In this document: in pieces, positions 1 to 8,679 of the stretch
How the letters are laid out: each line of letters starts with the position of its first letter
Position numbering within the stretch: the stretch's first letter is position 1
DNA from: Thermoplasmata archaeon
Lineage (GTDB): Archaea; Thermoplasmatota; Thermoplasmata; GCA-020350865
Length of the DNA stretch: 46,786 bases
Direction of reading: 5' to 3'
NCBI GenBank assembly: GCA_020348445.1
Contig: CP070751.1
Location: 2,963,334-3,010,119 of the forward strand
Notes under the pieces: generated by a model
The model's input: the letters and a program-made list of their open reading frames with translations, nothing else
What the model was told of the DNA's origin: nothing
Databases searched by the model: none
Program-made: the position numbers and the translations under genes

Positions 1-618
1 ATCGACATCAATTGGTTTTATACGGTGTGTCTCGCTTGGATCACCTGGGGCAGTGATATCACTTCTAATCCATTCATCTGACATATCAGCTTTTGATTCG
101 TAGAAGAATTTCCCGCTCTTGAATTTATTTACAAGAACCTCGGGTTTGCCCCCAGTTACCATATCATGCCCAACTGCGCAGCGCGCAGCTCTTTCGTCTG
201 AGTCAACGAAGTGCCGCGTAAAGCGCACGTTCTTCCATCCTGTGTATATATGCAGAGCATTAGGTTGTGTTTGACCAAATTCGATATCTGATTCACCGCT
301 GTCAAAATGCACGACTATATAGCTTTGTGGTGGCATGTCAGGCAAGTTGGGAAGTTGATAAGTCAATCCATCTTCATCAGATATCAGCCATTCATCCAAA
401 GAGACAAATTCGTTGCCTGTGTTGTGGATTTCTATCCACACACCTCCCTCCCCTGGCAATAACATAATTTCGTTGATTACAACATCCTCTTCTGGCCCTT
501 GGGCCTTAACGCACGAGGTTAGATTCAAAGGATGAATTGCAAGGATTAGAAAGAAAAGCAACAACATGTACAAGGAGTAGTGAAATCTGGTACCATCAAA
601 TGCCCGGCCCCTTCTCAT
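1..618 (-). CDS. Secreted protein, N-terminal part (runs off window edge): signal peptide, lamin-tail-like domain, FG-GAP-like segment
   Basis: Absent from the ORF track; translated by hand. ATG at 618-616 overlaps the upstream gene's stop (ATGA) and the frame is open to base 1: MRRGRAFDGTRFHYSLYMLLLFFLIL...VINEIMLLPGEGGVWIEIHNTGNEFVSLDEWLISD...HRIKPIDVD. Confidence 0.75.
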   Translation of the reverse strand, partial: MRRGRAFDGTRFHYSLYMLLLFFLILAIHPLNLTSCVKAQGPEEDVVINEIMLLPGEGGVWIEIHNTGNEFVSLDEWLISDEDGLTYQLPNLPDMPPQSYIVVHFDSGESDIEFGQTQPNALHIYTGWKNVRFTRHFVDSDERAARCAVGHDMVTGGKPEVLVNKFKSGKFFYESKADMSDEWIRSDITAPGDPSETHRIKPIDVD

Positions 619-3600
619 TTCCCATCACTCCTTTTTATAAATGAATTCTCGTCCTCTGGAGATGGTGGTTCTATTTCCTCGGGAGGTAGTAGATCTTCGT
701 CATCAGACACAGGTGGCTCCTCATCATCGGGAGGTGGTAACTTTTCATCTTCCGAAGGTAAAGGTTCTTCATCATCAGGTGGTGGTGGCTCATCTACGTC
801 GTCAGAAGGTGTTACTTCCCCTTCAGTTTCCATCCAAGGTGGTGGTGGAGGTAAATCCTTCTTTCGAGCTTTTTGGGGTTGCGAAAACTCTTCATCGGGT
901 TCGCTTTCTCTGTGTTGTTCCTGCCACTTGCGGCTATTTGCCATCCATATATTGATCAGAATCAAAGCAATGATAATTGCGATAATCAGCCCTATCATGA
1001 ACATTAATTCATCGTCATCCCAGATTTTATCATCACCGCTATCATCTGGAATGCCATCATCGCCATCACCATCTCCATCCTCACCTCCATCACCGTCTTC
1101 ATCTATACCTCCGTCTCCATCACCATTGGCACCTCCATCATCGCCTCCATCCCCGCCTCCACCATTTCCTCCATTTTCGTCAGATGGGATGTCAGGAGGT
1201 TCATCTGGTGGAATATCTGGAGGCTCATCAGGAGTAGAAGTATCATTTCCTTGTAATACTGTAACTCTAAAATACAAATCAAGAGACAAATCCCAGTCAG
1301 ATATCGCTAAAGTAACATTTTCGGATGACAATGGTTCAGGGTATAACATGTAAAGTGTAAGACCAATGGGAGTAATATTTATGGAGTTTTGAGTCACCTG
1401 AAGCAGCTCCAATGGTGTGTCGGGATCTGTTATATATTCACCGAGATCAAAAACAAATACAGTGTCCTCATAAAATATAACGGAAGGCAATTCCGTGATA
1501 TCAGTTTTCAAAGCTGGTGGATCATTTACAGGATTTATGATGAAAGAAACATCCTGCCATACTGTGCTAATCCTGTCAGAGACTGTTATGTTGACAACCT
1601 CACTTAATAATCCTTCTGTTGTGAAATGACATGATAGGTTATAGCCATCTATAATTTCGCAGTAATCTGAATCTTCACTAAACGTTAATTCTGTTGCATC
1701 ATTATCGACATCATAAACGTACAAGCTTAGATTCAGTAGGTGTTCTTCATCCTCATTAACATATTGGATTGGTATAGAAAGCTCTGGAGGTGAATTCAGA
1801 ACTGTGGGCAGGGGATATGAGGGGGTTCTATTTGTGTTGGAGCCATCCGAGCATTCGATATAGAACTCATGTTCCCCCACAGCATCCAATTTTGTCCTGA
1901 TATAAAACAGCTCGCCATTTGTGTAATCCAGATCCAATAGATGCGAATACGGAGTATTGTTGTCATTTGCCCATATCATTTGCTCTCCATCAATTGAGTC
2001 GTCGATAAAGATCTTAATATAACCTAATGGATCAAGTGGTGCATCATCATCTTCATCCGTGTAGATGACAAAGTATTCAAATTCTGTGGTAACATAGCCC
2101 TCCTGTGGTGTCACACTGGCATTATCCACTTTAGGTTTATGACCAACAAGTTCGCTTGTGTTGAAGTACCAGATATAATCATCGAAGGGGGCAGAATCGA
2201 GAACACCATTTCTATTACCGTCCAAAGGATTTCCTGCATAGTCCTGGAAATATTTGGACTTCAATATGACAGTGTATCTCTCATTTGGAAGAAAATCCTC
2301 ATCTGGATTGAATATCAATGTAGACGTCGTGCTGTTGTAAATAATTCGGCCTGTTGAGTATTTTCCAGAGGAAGATTGCACAGTTATCGAGGAATCGGTG
2401 ATCAGGGTATCGCAGAGGGTTTCATTGAAACTTAAGTCGATATTTGAGTTGAGAGGGATATCAATGGAGTTGTTTGCAGGTAAGGCATCCACAATATGTG
2501 GTGGGGCTTTATCTTCATCTCCGAAACAGTACAATGTCAAATCATAATTTCCTATGTATATTTTCCCATCCACTATTGTAGGCTGTGCATACAAGTACTC
2601 TGACCCAAAAGGATCGTTTTGCAGGGGCATTATGTAGTTCCAAATAAGCTCTCCTGTCTCCTCGCAAAAAGCCCAGAGCGTGTAATCTTCTGATGCAATG
2701 AACACCTTTCCTCCTCCTATGGAGGGTGAGCTCCATATCTTGTCTGTGGTTTGGTATTTCCAGAGAATTTCAGTAAAGGAGATTGTCCCGTCCCCATTCG
2801 GGTCTTCCTTTGGAAGGGCGTACACGCAATAATCATGGGATCCAATAAAAATCCGTCCATTGGCAATACCTGGGGAGCTCCAGATTTCGTTACCTGAACT
2901 GAACTCCCAAATCACCTCATCGGTATCTATTATACCATCACCATTTGGATCGATTAGAGGTAATGCAAACAGCTTTCCATTAATACAACCAATATAAACC
3001 ACCTCATCTTCCACAGCAGCTGAACTCACCACCCGATCACCTGCATTGAAAACCCAGATCGCTTCTGATATATCGATTGTCCCGTCCCCAGGTGTTGGAT
3101 CCTCTGCTGGTAGAACATAAATATTTTCATCGTAGCTTCCGAAGATCACCATGTCATTTGCAATTGTGGGGGATGATACAATTTGTCCGTTCGCTTGGAA
3201 TGTCCATATAACAGCGCCTGTAATTTCATCAAGACAGTAAAGTAATGATGCCTTGGAGGGTATGTAATCGCCCTGGCCACAGCCACAATATACCCTACCA
3301 TTATAAACCACAGGTGAACTGTCCACATAGTCATTTGTAGGTGCTTTCCAAACAACAGTCTTATCCAGCGCCACGCAATAGATATTTCTGTCGTATGAGC
3401 CAAAGAAAACGTGATCATTTGCCACAGTTGGCGATGACGTTATCCGACCAGTTCCCAAAGGTGGATTCCAGACATTTAAACCTGTTTCTGCATCAATTGC
3501 GAGCACGCAATTGTCCCCGCTGCCCTGATATACCACACCACCTGCTACCGCTGGCGAGCTGCAGTACCCCCATGTATAAAATGGGGGAGCACGCTGATGT

Positions 3601-3821
3601 GTCCAAAGAACGTTGTTTGTGTTGGGCGCCCTGGAGGTGGTATTGCCGGAGCGGTTCAAATCATGTCTGAACATGGGCCACTCATCCAACATTCCTGGGC
3701 CGTCCGCCTTAGCTGTTTCTGAAATAAATAAAAAAGATGCAAGCTGTATAACAGAAAATATTAAAATCACGGCCAGGCTTACCCGAAAAGCCCTTTTCGC
3801 TCTTTTGTGTGTCGTCTTCAA
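615..3821 (-). CDS. Large membrane-anchored surface protein: PQQ-like beta-propeller, Ig-like/cadherin-like domains, acidic linker, TM helix, Pro/acidic tail
   Basis: WPMFRHDLNRSG start, repeated SSP..W propeller blades, SbsA-type Ig domain, C-terminal TM. Start moved to TTG 3821, which follows GGAGGGG and precedes a signal peptide. Confidence 0.85.
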   Translation of the reverse strand: MKTTHKRAKRAFRVSLAVILIFSVIQLASFLFISETAKADGPGMLDEWPMFRHDLNRSGNTTSRAPNTNNVLWTHQRAPPFYTWGYCSSPAVAGGVVYQGSGDNCVLAIDAETGLNVWNPPLGTGRITSSPTVANDHVFFGSYDRNIYCVALDKTVVWKAPTNDYVDSSPVVYNGRVYCGCGQGDYIPSKASLLYCLDEITGAVIWTFQANGQIVSSPTIANDMVIFGSYDENIYVLPAEDPTPGDGTIDISEAIWVFNAGDRVVSSAAVEDEVVYIGCINGKLFALPLIDPNGDGIIDTDEVIWEFSSGNEIWSSPGIANGRIFIGSHDYCVYALPKEDPNGDGTISFTEILWKYQTTDKIWSSPSIGGGKVFIASEDYTLWAFCEETGELIWNYIMPLQNDPFGSEYLYAQPTIVDGKIYIGNYDLTLYCFGDEDKAPPHIVDALPANNSIDIPLNSNIDLSFNETLCDTLITDSSITVQSSSGKYSTGRIIYNSTTSTLIFNPDEDFLPNERYTVILKSKYFQDYAGNPLDGNRNGVLDSAPFDDYIWYFNTSELVGHKPKVDNASVTPQEGYVTTEFEYFVIYTDEDDDAPLDPLGYIKIFIDDSIDGEQMIWANDNNTPYSHLLDLDYTNGELFYIRTKLDAVGEHEFYIECSDGSNTNRTPSYPLPTVLNSPPELSIPIQYVNEDEEHLLNLSLYVYDVDNDATELTFSEDSDYCEIIDGYNLSCHFTTEGLLSEVVNITVSDRISTVWQDVSFIINPVNDPPALKTDITELPSVIFYEDTVFVFDLGEYITDPDTPLELLQVTQNSINITPIGLTLYMLYPEPLSSENVTLAISDWDLSLDLYFRVTVLQGNDTSTPDEPPDIPPDEPPDIPSDENGGNGGGGDGGDDGGANGDGDGGIDEDGDGGEDGDGDGDDGIPDDSGDDKIWDDDELMFMIGLIIAIIIALILINIWMANSRKWQEQHRESEPDEEFSQPQKARKKDLPPPPPWMETEGEVTPSDDVDEPPPPDDEEPLPSEDEKLPPPDDEEPPVSDDEDLLPPEEIEPPSPEDENSFIKRSDGK

Positions 3822-3965
3822 CCCCCTCCAGTTATCACATCCTGTGCAATCAATGTATATTATTTTAATGCACATATCTTTTTGGCTACTTAAAGATTTT
3901 AGAACAGAATTTGAATGATAAGTAAATATGTACAATGAGTTCTGTCTTAGAACTTAGATCTTTGA

Positions 3966-4163
3966 TCATAACATAGTCATAAGTAGCAGTATATTGGTGT
4001 CTAATTCACCAAAGGTCATGGAATATATGGCGTATGCTGCAATAGGTAAGAGGCTCACCAGACACAAAGCTATCATGATCTTGTAAACGTACTCTTTGTC
4101 CAATTCGAGGACATTATTAAGAAACAGAAAGACAAGTATTATTACAGCTATCATACCTCTCAA
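3966..4163 (-). CDS. Small 2-TM membrane protein
   Basis: 65-aa hydrophobic ORF co-oriented with its neighbours. Confidence 0.45.
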   Translation of the reverse strand: MRGMIAVIILVFLFLNNVLELDKEYVYKIMIALCLVSLLPIAAYAIYSMTFGELDTNILLLMTML

Positions 4164-4249
4164 TATTATTAATGGAGTTACGTATACATATGTCTTTTCC
4201 TGTTATTCATTTAAAATAAGATTTTTGCATGGTGTATATTTAGCTATCC

Positions 4250-5308
4250 TTATCGTCCCTGATTTGATCCCAGGTAATCCTCCACCTTCTTAAACTGCTC
4301 ATCGTTTCCTAGGAGTATCACCATATCCCCAGCTTTTACTTTCATATTATCATCTGGATTGGGGAAAACGTCCCATTTCAAGCCTGTTATGCCTCCAACT
4401 GCCTTCTTTTTAGCAATGCCGATCAGGGTTGTTTTGGTCTTTTCTTTGATTTTTCTTGAAACTTCCAAAACAGTTCCTGTATGTTTTTCAGATATAAGAT
4501 GCTGTCTTATATCGAATCCTCCTACATCAGTTGCCGAGGTGACATCTTCAATAAAGTTGGCAACTTCGGGCTCGAAGGCAGCAGAGGCAATCAACCTACC
4601 TGCCATGACATCCGGGGTTACAACATATGTCACTCCTGCAATCTTCATTGTCTTTTTAAGTTCGGCCCTGTTAGTTCTTACGATAATCCGGGCTTGAGGA
4701 GCCAATTCCCTTATGTGAAGGGCTGTAATCAGGTTCTTGCTATCATCAGCCGTGCTGAGAATTACAACTGAAGCCTCATTAATATTGGCCTGCTCCAAAA
4801 TATCCTGTTTTGACGGATCACCATAAATAGGAAAGACGGTTTTTGGATCTCCCATTCGTTTTATTAAAACTATATCGTCCTGTTCCTCTGTTATAACCGC
4901 AATCTGTCTGTCTTTTTCAGTTAAAAGTTCCGATAGAACCACATCAGATAGTGAATTCCATCCGCATATTACGAAATGGTTTTTATACTTTGCCTTGTTC
5001 ATTCCAAACACCCCTGAAAGTGAGCTTTCCATGATAATGGAAACTATCATTGCACCCAAATAACCATAAAGAAGTATGCCAAAGCACGCTAATATAACAG
5101 ATATTATCTGACCACCGATTGTTGCTGGAGTGATATCCCCATACCCTACAGTAGTCATAGTGATAACGGCCCAATATAATGACTCCCTAAGACTATGCTC
5201 TCCTTCCAATATGTAGAATAAAGCACCTGAGAAAAGGGCGAGACCTATTAGTAATATCAAGCCCTTGTACGTGGCCCTTACCATCTTTGGAATCCTTATA
5301 AATATCAT
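4250..5308 (-). CDS. Potassium channel with TrkA-N/RCK domain (MthK/Kch-like)
   Basis: TTVGYGD selectivity filter, two TMs, RCK Rossmann motif HFVICGWN. Confidence 0.93.
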   Translation of the reverse strand: MIFIRIPKMVRATYKGLILLIGLALFSGALFYILEGEHSLRESLYWAVITMTTVGYGDITPATIGGQIISVILACFGILLYGYLGAMIVSIIMESSLSGVFGMNKAKYKNHFVICGWNSLSDVVLSELLTEKDRQIAVITEEQDDIVLIKRMGDPKTVFPIYGDPSKQDILEQANINEASVVILSTADDSKNLITALHIRELAPQARIIVRTNRAELKKTMKIAGVTYVVTPDVMAGRLIASAAFEPEVANFIEDVTSATDVGGFDIRQHLISEKHTGTVLEVSRKIKEKTKTTLIGIAKKKAVGGITGLKWDVFPNPDDNMKVKAGDMVILLGNDEQFKKVEDYLGSNQGR

Positions 5309-5458
5309 CCCTTGACCTCTCTTTAAACCTCTCTCTTTATATATTGAATACTAAAGTATAATTATTTAGGCAATATATAAACTTGAGCCTGGATTACACT
5401 ATTTTTCTGAAATCAACTGGTTCTAGGTTATAATGTAAATATTTAAATTCAACCAGAG

Positions 5459-6145
5459 TTACCCGGATTCTTCCAGTGAATTCAAACTTCTTTCCATCTC
5501 ACCCATCATGGATTGACAGAAAGACAACATTCTCCTCTTTTCCTCCTCAGACATGGAAGAAAAACAGTGGTGCATCATATCGTGCATTGTATCCATCATG
5601 TTCTCTGTGCCCATCACACCCATGCATCCCTTCATCATTTCGGGCATCATCTGTGACATTGCCTCCCCCATGTTCTCGGAATCTGAGCCCATCATGGATT
5701 TTATCATTTGAGGCATCATATTCATCATCATATTTGGCATGGCTTCAGGTCCCATGTTCTTGAACATGTTTTCCATCATCTGTGGCATCATGTTCATCAT
5801 CATCTCCTGAGATTCTTCCTGGGACATATTGCCAAACATATTCTTCATCATCTGGGGCATCATAGACATCATCATATTCTGGGTTTCTTCTGGCCCTAAA
5901 TTCTTGAACATATTCTCCATCATCTGTGGCATCATAGCAGCCATTATTTCCTGTATATCTTTTGGATCCATATCCTTGAACATGCTCTCCATCATCCTGG
6001 GTATCATGGTTGTCATCATATCTCTCTTCTCTTCGGATGTCATACCTTCAAAGAACTTGTCCATCATGGAGTCCATCATCTCCTTCTTTTCCTCATAACT
6101 CATTTTTTTCATCATCCTATCCATCATTTTATCCTTTATTCCCAT
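5459..6145 (-). CDS. Methionine-rich 24-aa repeat protein
   Basis: About 69 of 228 residues are Met (hand count); five tandem 24-aa units of type KNxxPEExQxMMMxMMPQMMENMF; starts directly after the RHH gene stop. Confidence 0.8.
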   Translation of the reverse strand: MGIKDKMMDRMMKKMSYEEKKEMMDSMMDKFFEGMTSEEKRDMMTTMIPRMMESMFKDMDPKDIQEIMAAMMPQMMENMFKNLGPEETQNMMMSMMPQMMKNMFGNMSQEESQEMMMNMMPQMMENMFKNMGPEAMPNMMMNMMPQMIKSMMGSDSENMGEAMSQMMPEMMKGCMGVMGTENMMDTMHDMMHHCFSSMSEEEKRRMLSFCQSMMGEMERSLNSLEESG

Positions 6146-6475
6146 TTACTCGCCCCGCTTTCTTTTTTTGTTTCTTTCCCGTTCACCTTCTGACATTCCC
6201 ATCATCATCCTCTTCATCATCGGCATCATGGAAGGACCCATCATCCTGCGCATTGGCATAAATTCACGCACTGCCTCCATGTCACGCCACTCGAGCCTGA
6301 ACCTTTTTACAGCGTCCCGCACTATCTCAGTTATGTTGGTGTACTCCCCTTCCTCTAACAATTTCTGCATGAACTCGTAATCCTTTCTAGGAAATCGAAT
6401 CGTGGCCCTGTACTCGATCCCGGCTTCAGTTTGGGGAGATTTTTCGCTCTTATTTTTGTCATCATCTGTCATCAT
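6146..6475 (-). CDS. Ribbon-helix-helix (CopG/Arc/MetJ-type) regulator with Met-rich tail
   Basis: RATIRFPRKDYEFMQKLLEEGEYTNITEIVRDAVKRF fits an RHH; AGGTGA RBS. Confidence 0.8.
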   Translation of the reverse strand: MMTDDDKNKSEKSPQTEAGIEYRATIRFPRKDYEFMQKLLEEGEYTNITEIVRDAVKRFRLEWRDMEAVREFMPMRRMMGPSMMPMMKRMMMGMSEGERERNKKRKRGE

Positions 6476-6871
6476 GTGTCACCTAATAGTATATATCAGG
6501 CATATTATTTAAATTTATCGCTTGGTATTTTAATTTGTATTTCTTGCCCTCCTCCTTCCCCCTCCATCGTGGCCTATTCCATTTCTATCATTATGTATTC
6601 ATATGACAAGGCTAACCTATCTTCCAATATGTTCTTTTACGGTCATCCTTTTATGTAAACCCTCTTTTCTATGATATGCTAGGAAACGAGAGTTTACAGA
6701 CCACTTTGCCCTTCGATTACGCTATAAATTATTGATCTCTTAAGCCTCAGGGCTCCAACCCAATAATTTCTAATATACCAAAAGTTGCAATTCTTATAAC
6801 AATCTCAAATTCTCATTCCCACGACAAAATCTTTATAATTACTTGTCTCCTCTACCTTTTTTGGAGTCCAT

Positions 6872-7234
6872 ATGGTTTCCTACAGGCCAATCGGTGTCAC
6901 GATTCTTGCGGTTTTTATTATTATAACATATTCCATACTCTTCATAGCGGGCCTGGCTTTACTTATCTGGGGCATTGCCTCAATTCCCACAATAGGAGTA
7001 TTGGGTGGTGCAATAAGTTTTCTTGGCCTCGTTTTTTTGATATGGGCGTTTTTGCGTCTTTCAATGGGCTTTGGGCTCTTGAGCCTGAGAAGCAAGGCCT
7101 GGAGATCGGCCTTTATAATCTTCTCTATTGGGCTTATAATCGACTTGATGATTGCCAGGGAGCAGGTTATATTGGACGTTATTATCCTCATTTACCTACT
7201 AATCGTCAAAAAACATTTTAGGTATGGAGATTAA
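6872..7234 (+). CDS. Small multi-TM membrane protein
   Basis: RPIGVTILAV start, about 4 hydrophobic segments, GGAG RBS. Confidence 0.75.
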   Translation: MVSYRPIGVTILAVFIIITYSILFIAGLALLIWGIASIPTIGVLGGAISFLGLVFLIWAFLRLSMGFGLLSLRSKAWRSAFIIFSIGLIIDLMIAREQVILDVIILIYLLIVKKHFRYGD

Positions 7235-7256
7235 GAAGCCGAACCATAATAAAAAA

Positions 7257-7820
7257 TCAGAGAGTTTTTTTCAGCATCCTTTCACATAATGTATCGAAGG
7301 TATGCTCAACATTATATCCCGTTTTTACGCTGGAGAGGTATCCAACAGCATCTTTGTAGCCCGATGCAAAATTTTCGATATCTTCTATATTCAATTGCTT
7401 TTGCCCCTCCAAATCGGACTTGTTACCTAGAATCACTATTGGTACATCTCCTGTTACAGTGATAGCCTGAGACAACCAGCCTGGAAGCTCATCTAGAGTT
7501 TTTTTCCTTGTGACATCGCATACGGCAATCAATCCTGCACATCCAAAGAAATAAGATTCTCTCAGCATATGTAAAAAGCACTGCTGGCCCATCAGGTCCC
7601 AGATCAAAAGATATACATCCAATTCGCTTTTATCTTCGGGATGTTTTATCTTTACTTCCTTCTTTGTTACATGGGTTCCTATGGTGTTGCTGTAGCTGTC
7701 GTCGAACATATCGTAAACAAATCTTTGAATAAGACTAGTTTTTCCCACTGCGCTTTCACCAATGAGACAGACCTTCCATTTATAGGGTTTTGAAACCTGC
7801 AATTTCAACCCCTCGTACAC
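7257..7820 (-). CDS. Rab/Ras-like small GTPase
   Basis: G1 GESAVGKT, G2 TIG, G3 WDLMGQ, G4 NKSD, G5 SSVK; 187 aa, standalone. Confidence 0.9.
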   Translation of the reverse strand: MYEGLKLQVSKPYKWKVCLIGESAVGKTSLIQRFVYDMFDDSYSNTIGTHVTKKEVKIKHPEDKSELDVYLLIWDLMGQQCFLHMLRESYFFGCAGLIAVCDVTRKKTLDELPGWLSQAITVTGDVPIVILGNKSDLEGQKQLNIEDIENFASGYKDAVGYLSSVKTGYNVEHTFDTLCERMLKKTL

Positions 7821-7986
7821 TAGTTCACTTTTTCAGCAATAACCCGTACACGTAGAAAAAACTTTCTATTATCCAATTTCTGGGGTTAAAAGGTATGATA
7901 GAGTTGCGATTTCGTATTCACTGAAAATGGATTTAATAGGCCATCCCATTAGCTTTGATATCCTCAAGGAATTGCTTATTTACGTA

Positions 7987-8640
7987 TTATTCTTCCTTGG
8001 TTTCTCTGGCTGAAACTTGCATGGGTAAGGATGCAAGAAGCTCCGAAAGAGAAGACTTGGGATACGTCAGAATCAGATATAATCCCAGGATAAAGAGAAT
8101 TCCCGCAACAACCAAAAGTATGATAACATCGATCCCAAACACATTTTCTGTCTCTGTTACCAGGACATCGTAGACCACGACAAGCCAAAGCAAGACAAAA
8201 AGTATTATGGCAATGCCCAGTGAAAGTGCTCCATATAGGTACCGGCTTCTGCGCCTTTTACTGTAATCCTCAATGGCCCTTGAGACTTTCTCAGGAGGCA
8301 ACCCTCTTTCATCGCTAATTGCGGTAGATGGTGCCTCTTTTTTAGGAACGGGCTCTTTTGATTTGGGTGCCCACTCTGGCATTTCCTCAATTTCTGATGG
8401 TATCAATTCATCTTCTTTGTCCATTGAAGAAGGCATTTGCTCTTCACCAGTTTCGAGAGGTGTTTCCTGCTCCTCCCCTTGGAAGACGGCACCGCAGCTT
8501 GGGCAACCTGTGGCATCAGCCTGCACTTCGTATCTGCATAGAGGGCATTCGGACACTTCTTCCAATCTCTCAGGCTCATTTCCTAGATTGGGATCATCAA
8601 TTTCCTCGGGATTATAACCTTCTGGATTTTCTTCTTCCAT
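7987..8640 (-). CDS. Zinc-ribbon, acidic linker and 2-TM protein
   Basis: CPLC...CPSCG zinc ribbon; two C-terminal hydrophobic helices. Confidence 0.8.
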   Translation of the reverse strand: MEEENPEGYNPEEIDDPNLGNEPERLEEVSECPLCRYEVQADATGCPSCGAVFQGEEQETPLETGEEQMPSSMDKEDELIPSEIEEMPEWAPKSKEPVPKKEAPSTAISDERGLPPEKVSRAIEDYSKRRRSRYLYGALSLGIAIILFVLLWLVVVYDVLVTETENVFGIDVIILLVVAGILFILGLYLILTYPKSSLSELLASLPMQVSARETKEE

Positions 8641-8679
8641 CTTATCACCTTTTTTATTTATTCAAATTCTTGTGTATCA

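Noticed and set aside
580-1353. 257-aa Ser/Pro/Gly-rich plus-strand ORF
   Set aside because: Antisense shadow of the acidic low-complexity part of the 615-3821 gene.
6531-6540. TAATTTGTAT as a fifth regulon site
   Set aside because: Wrong strand for the RHH gene and no AGATTTTGAAA 43 nt downstream.
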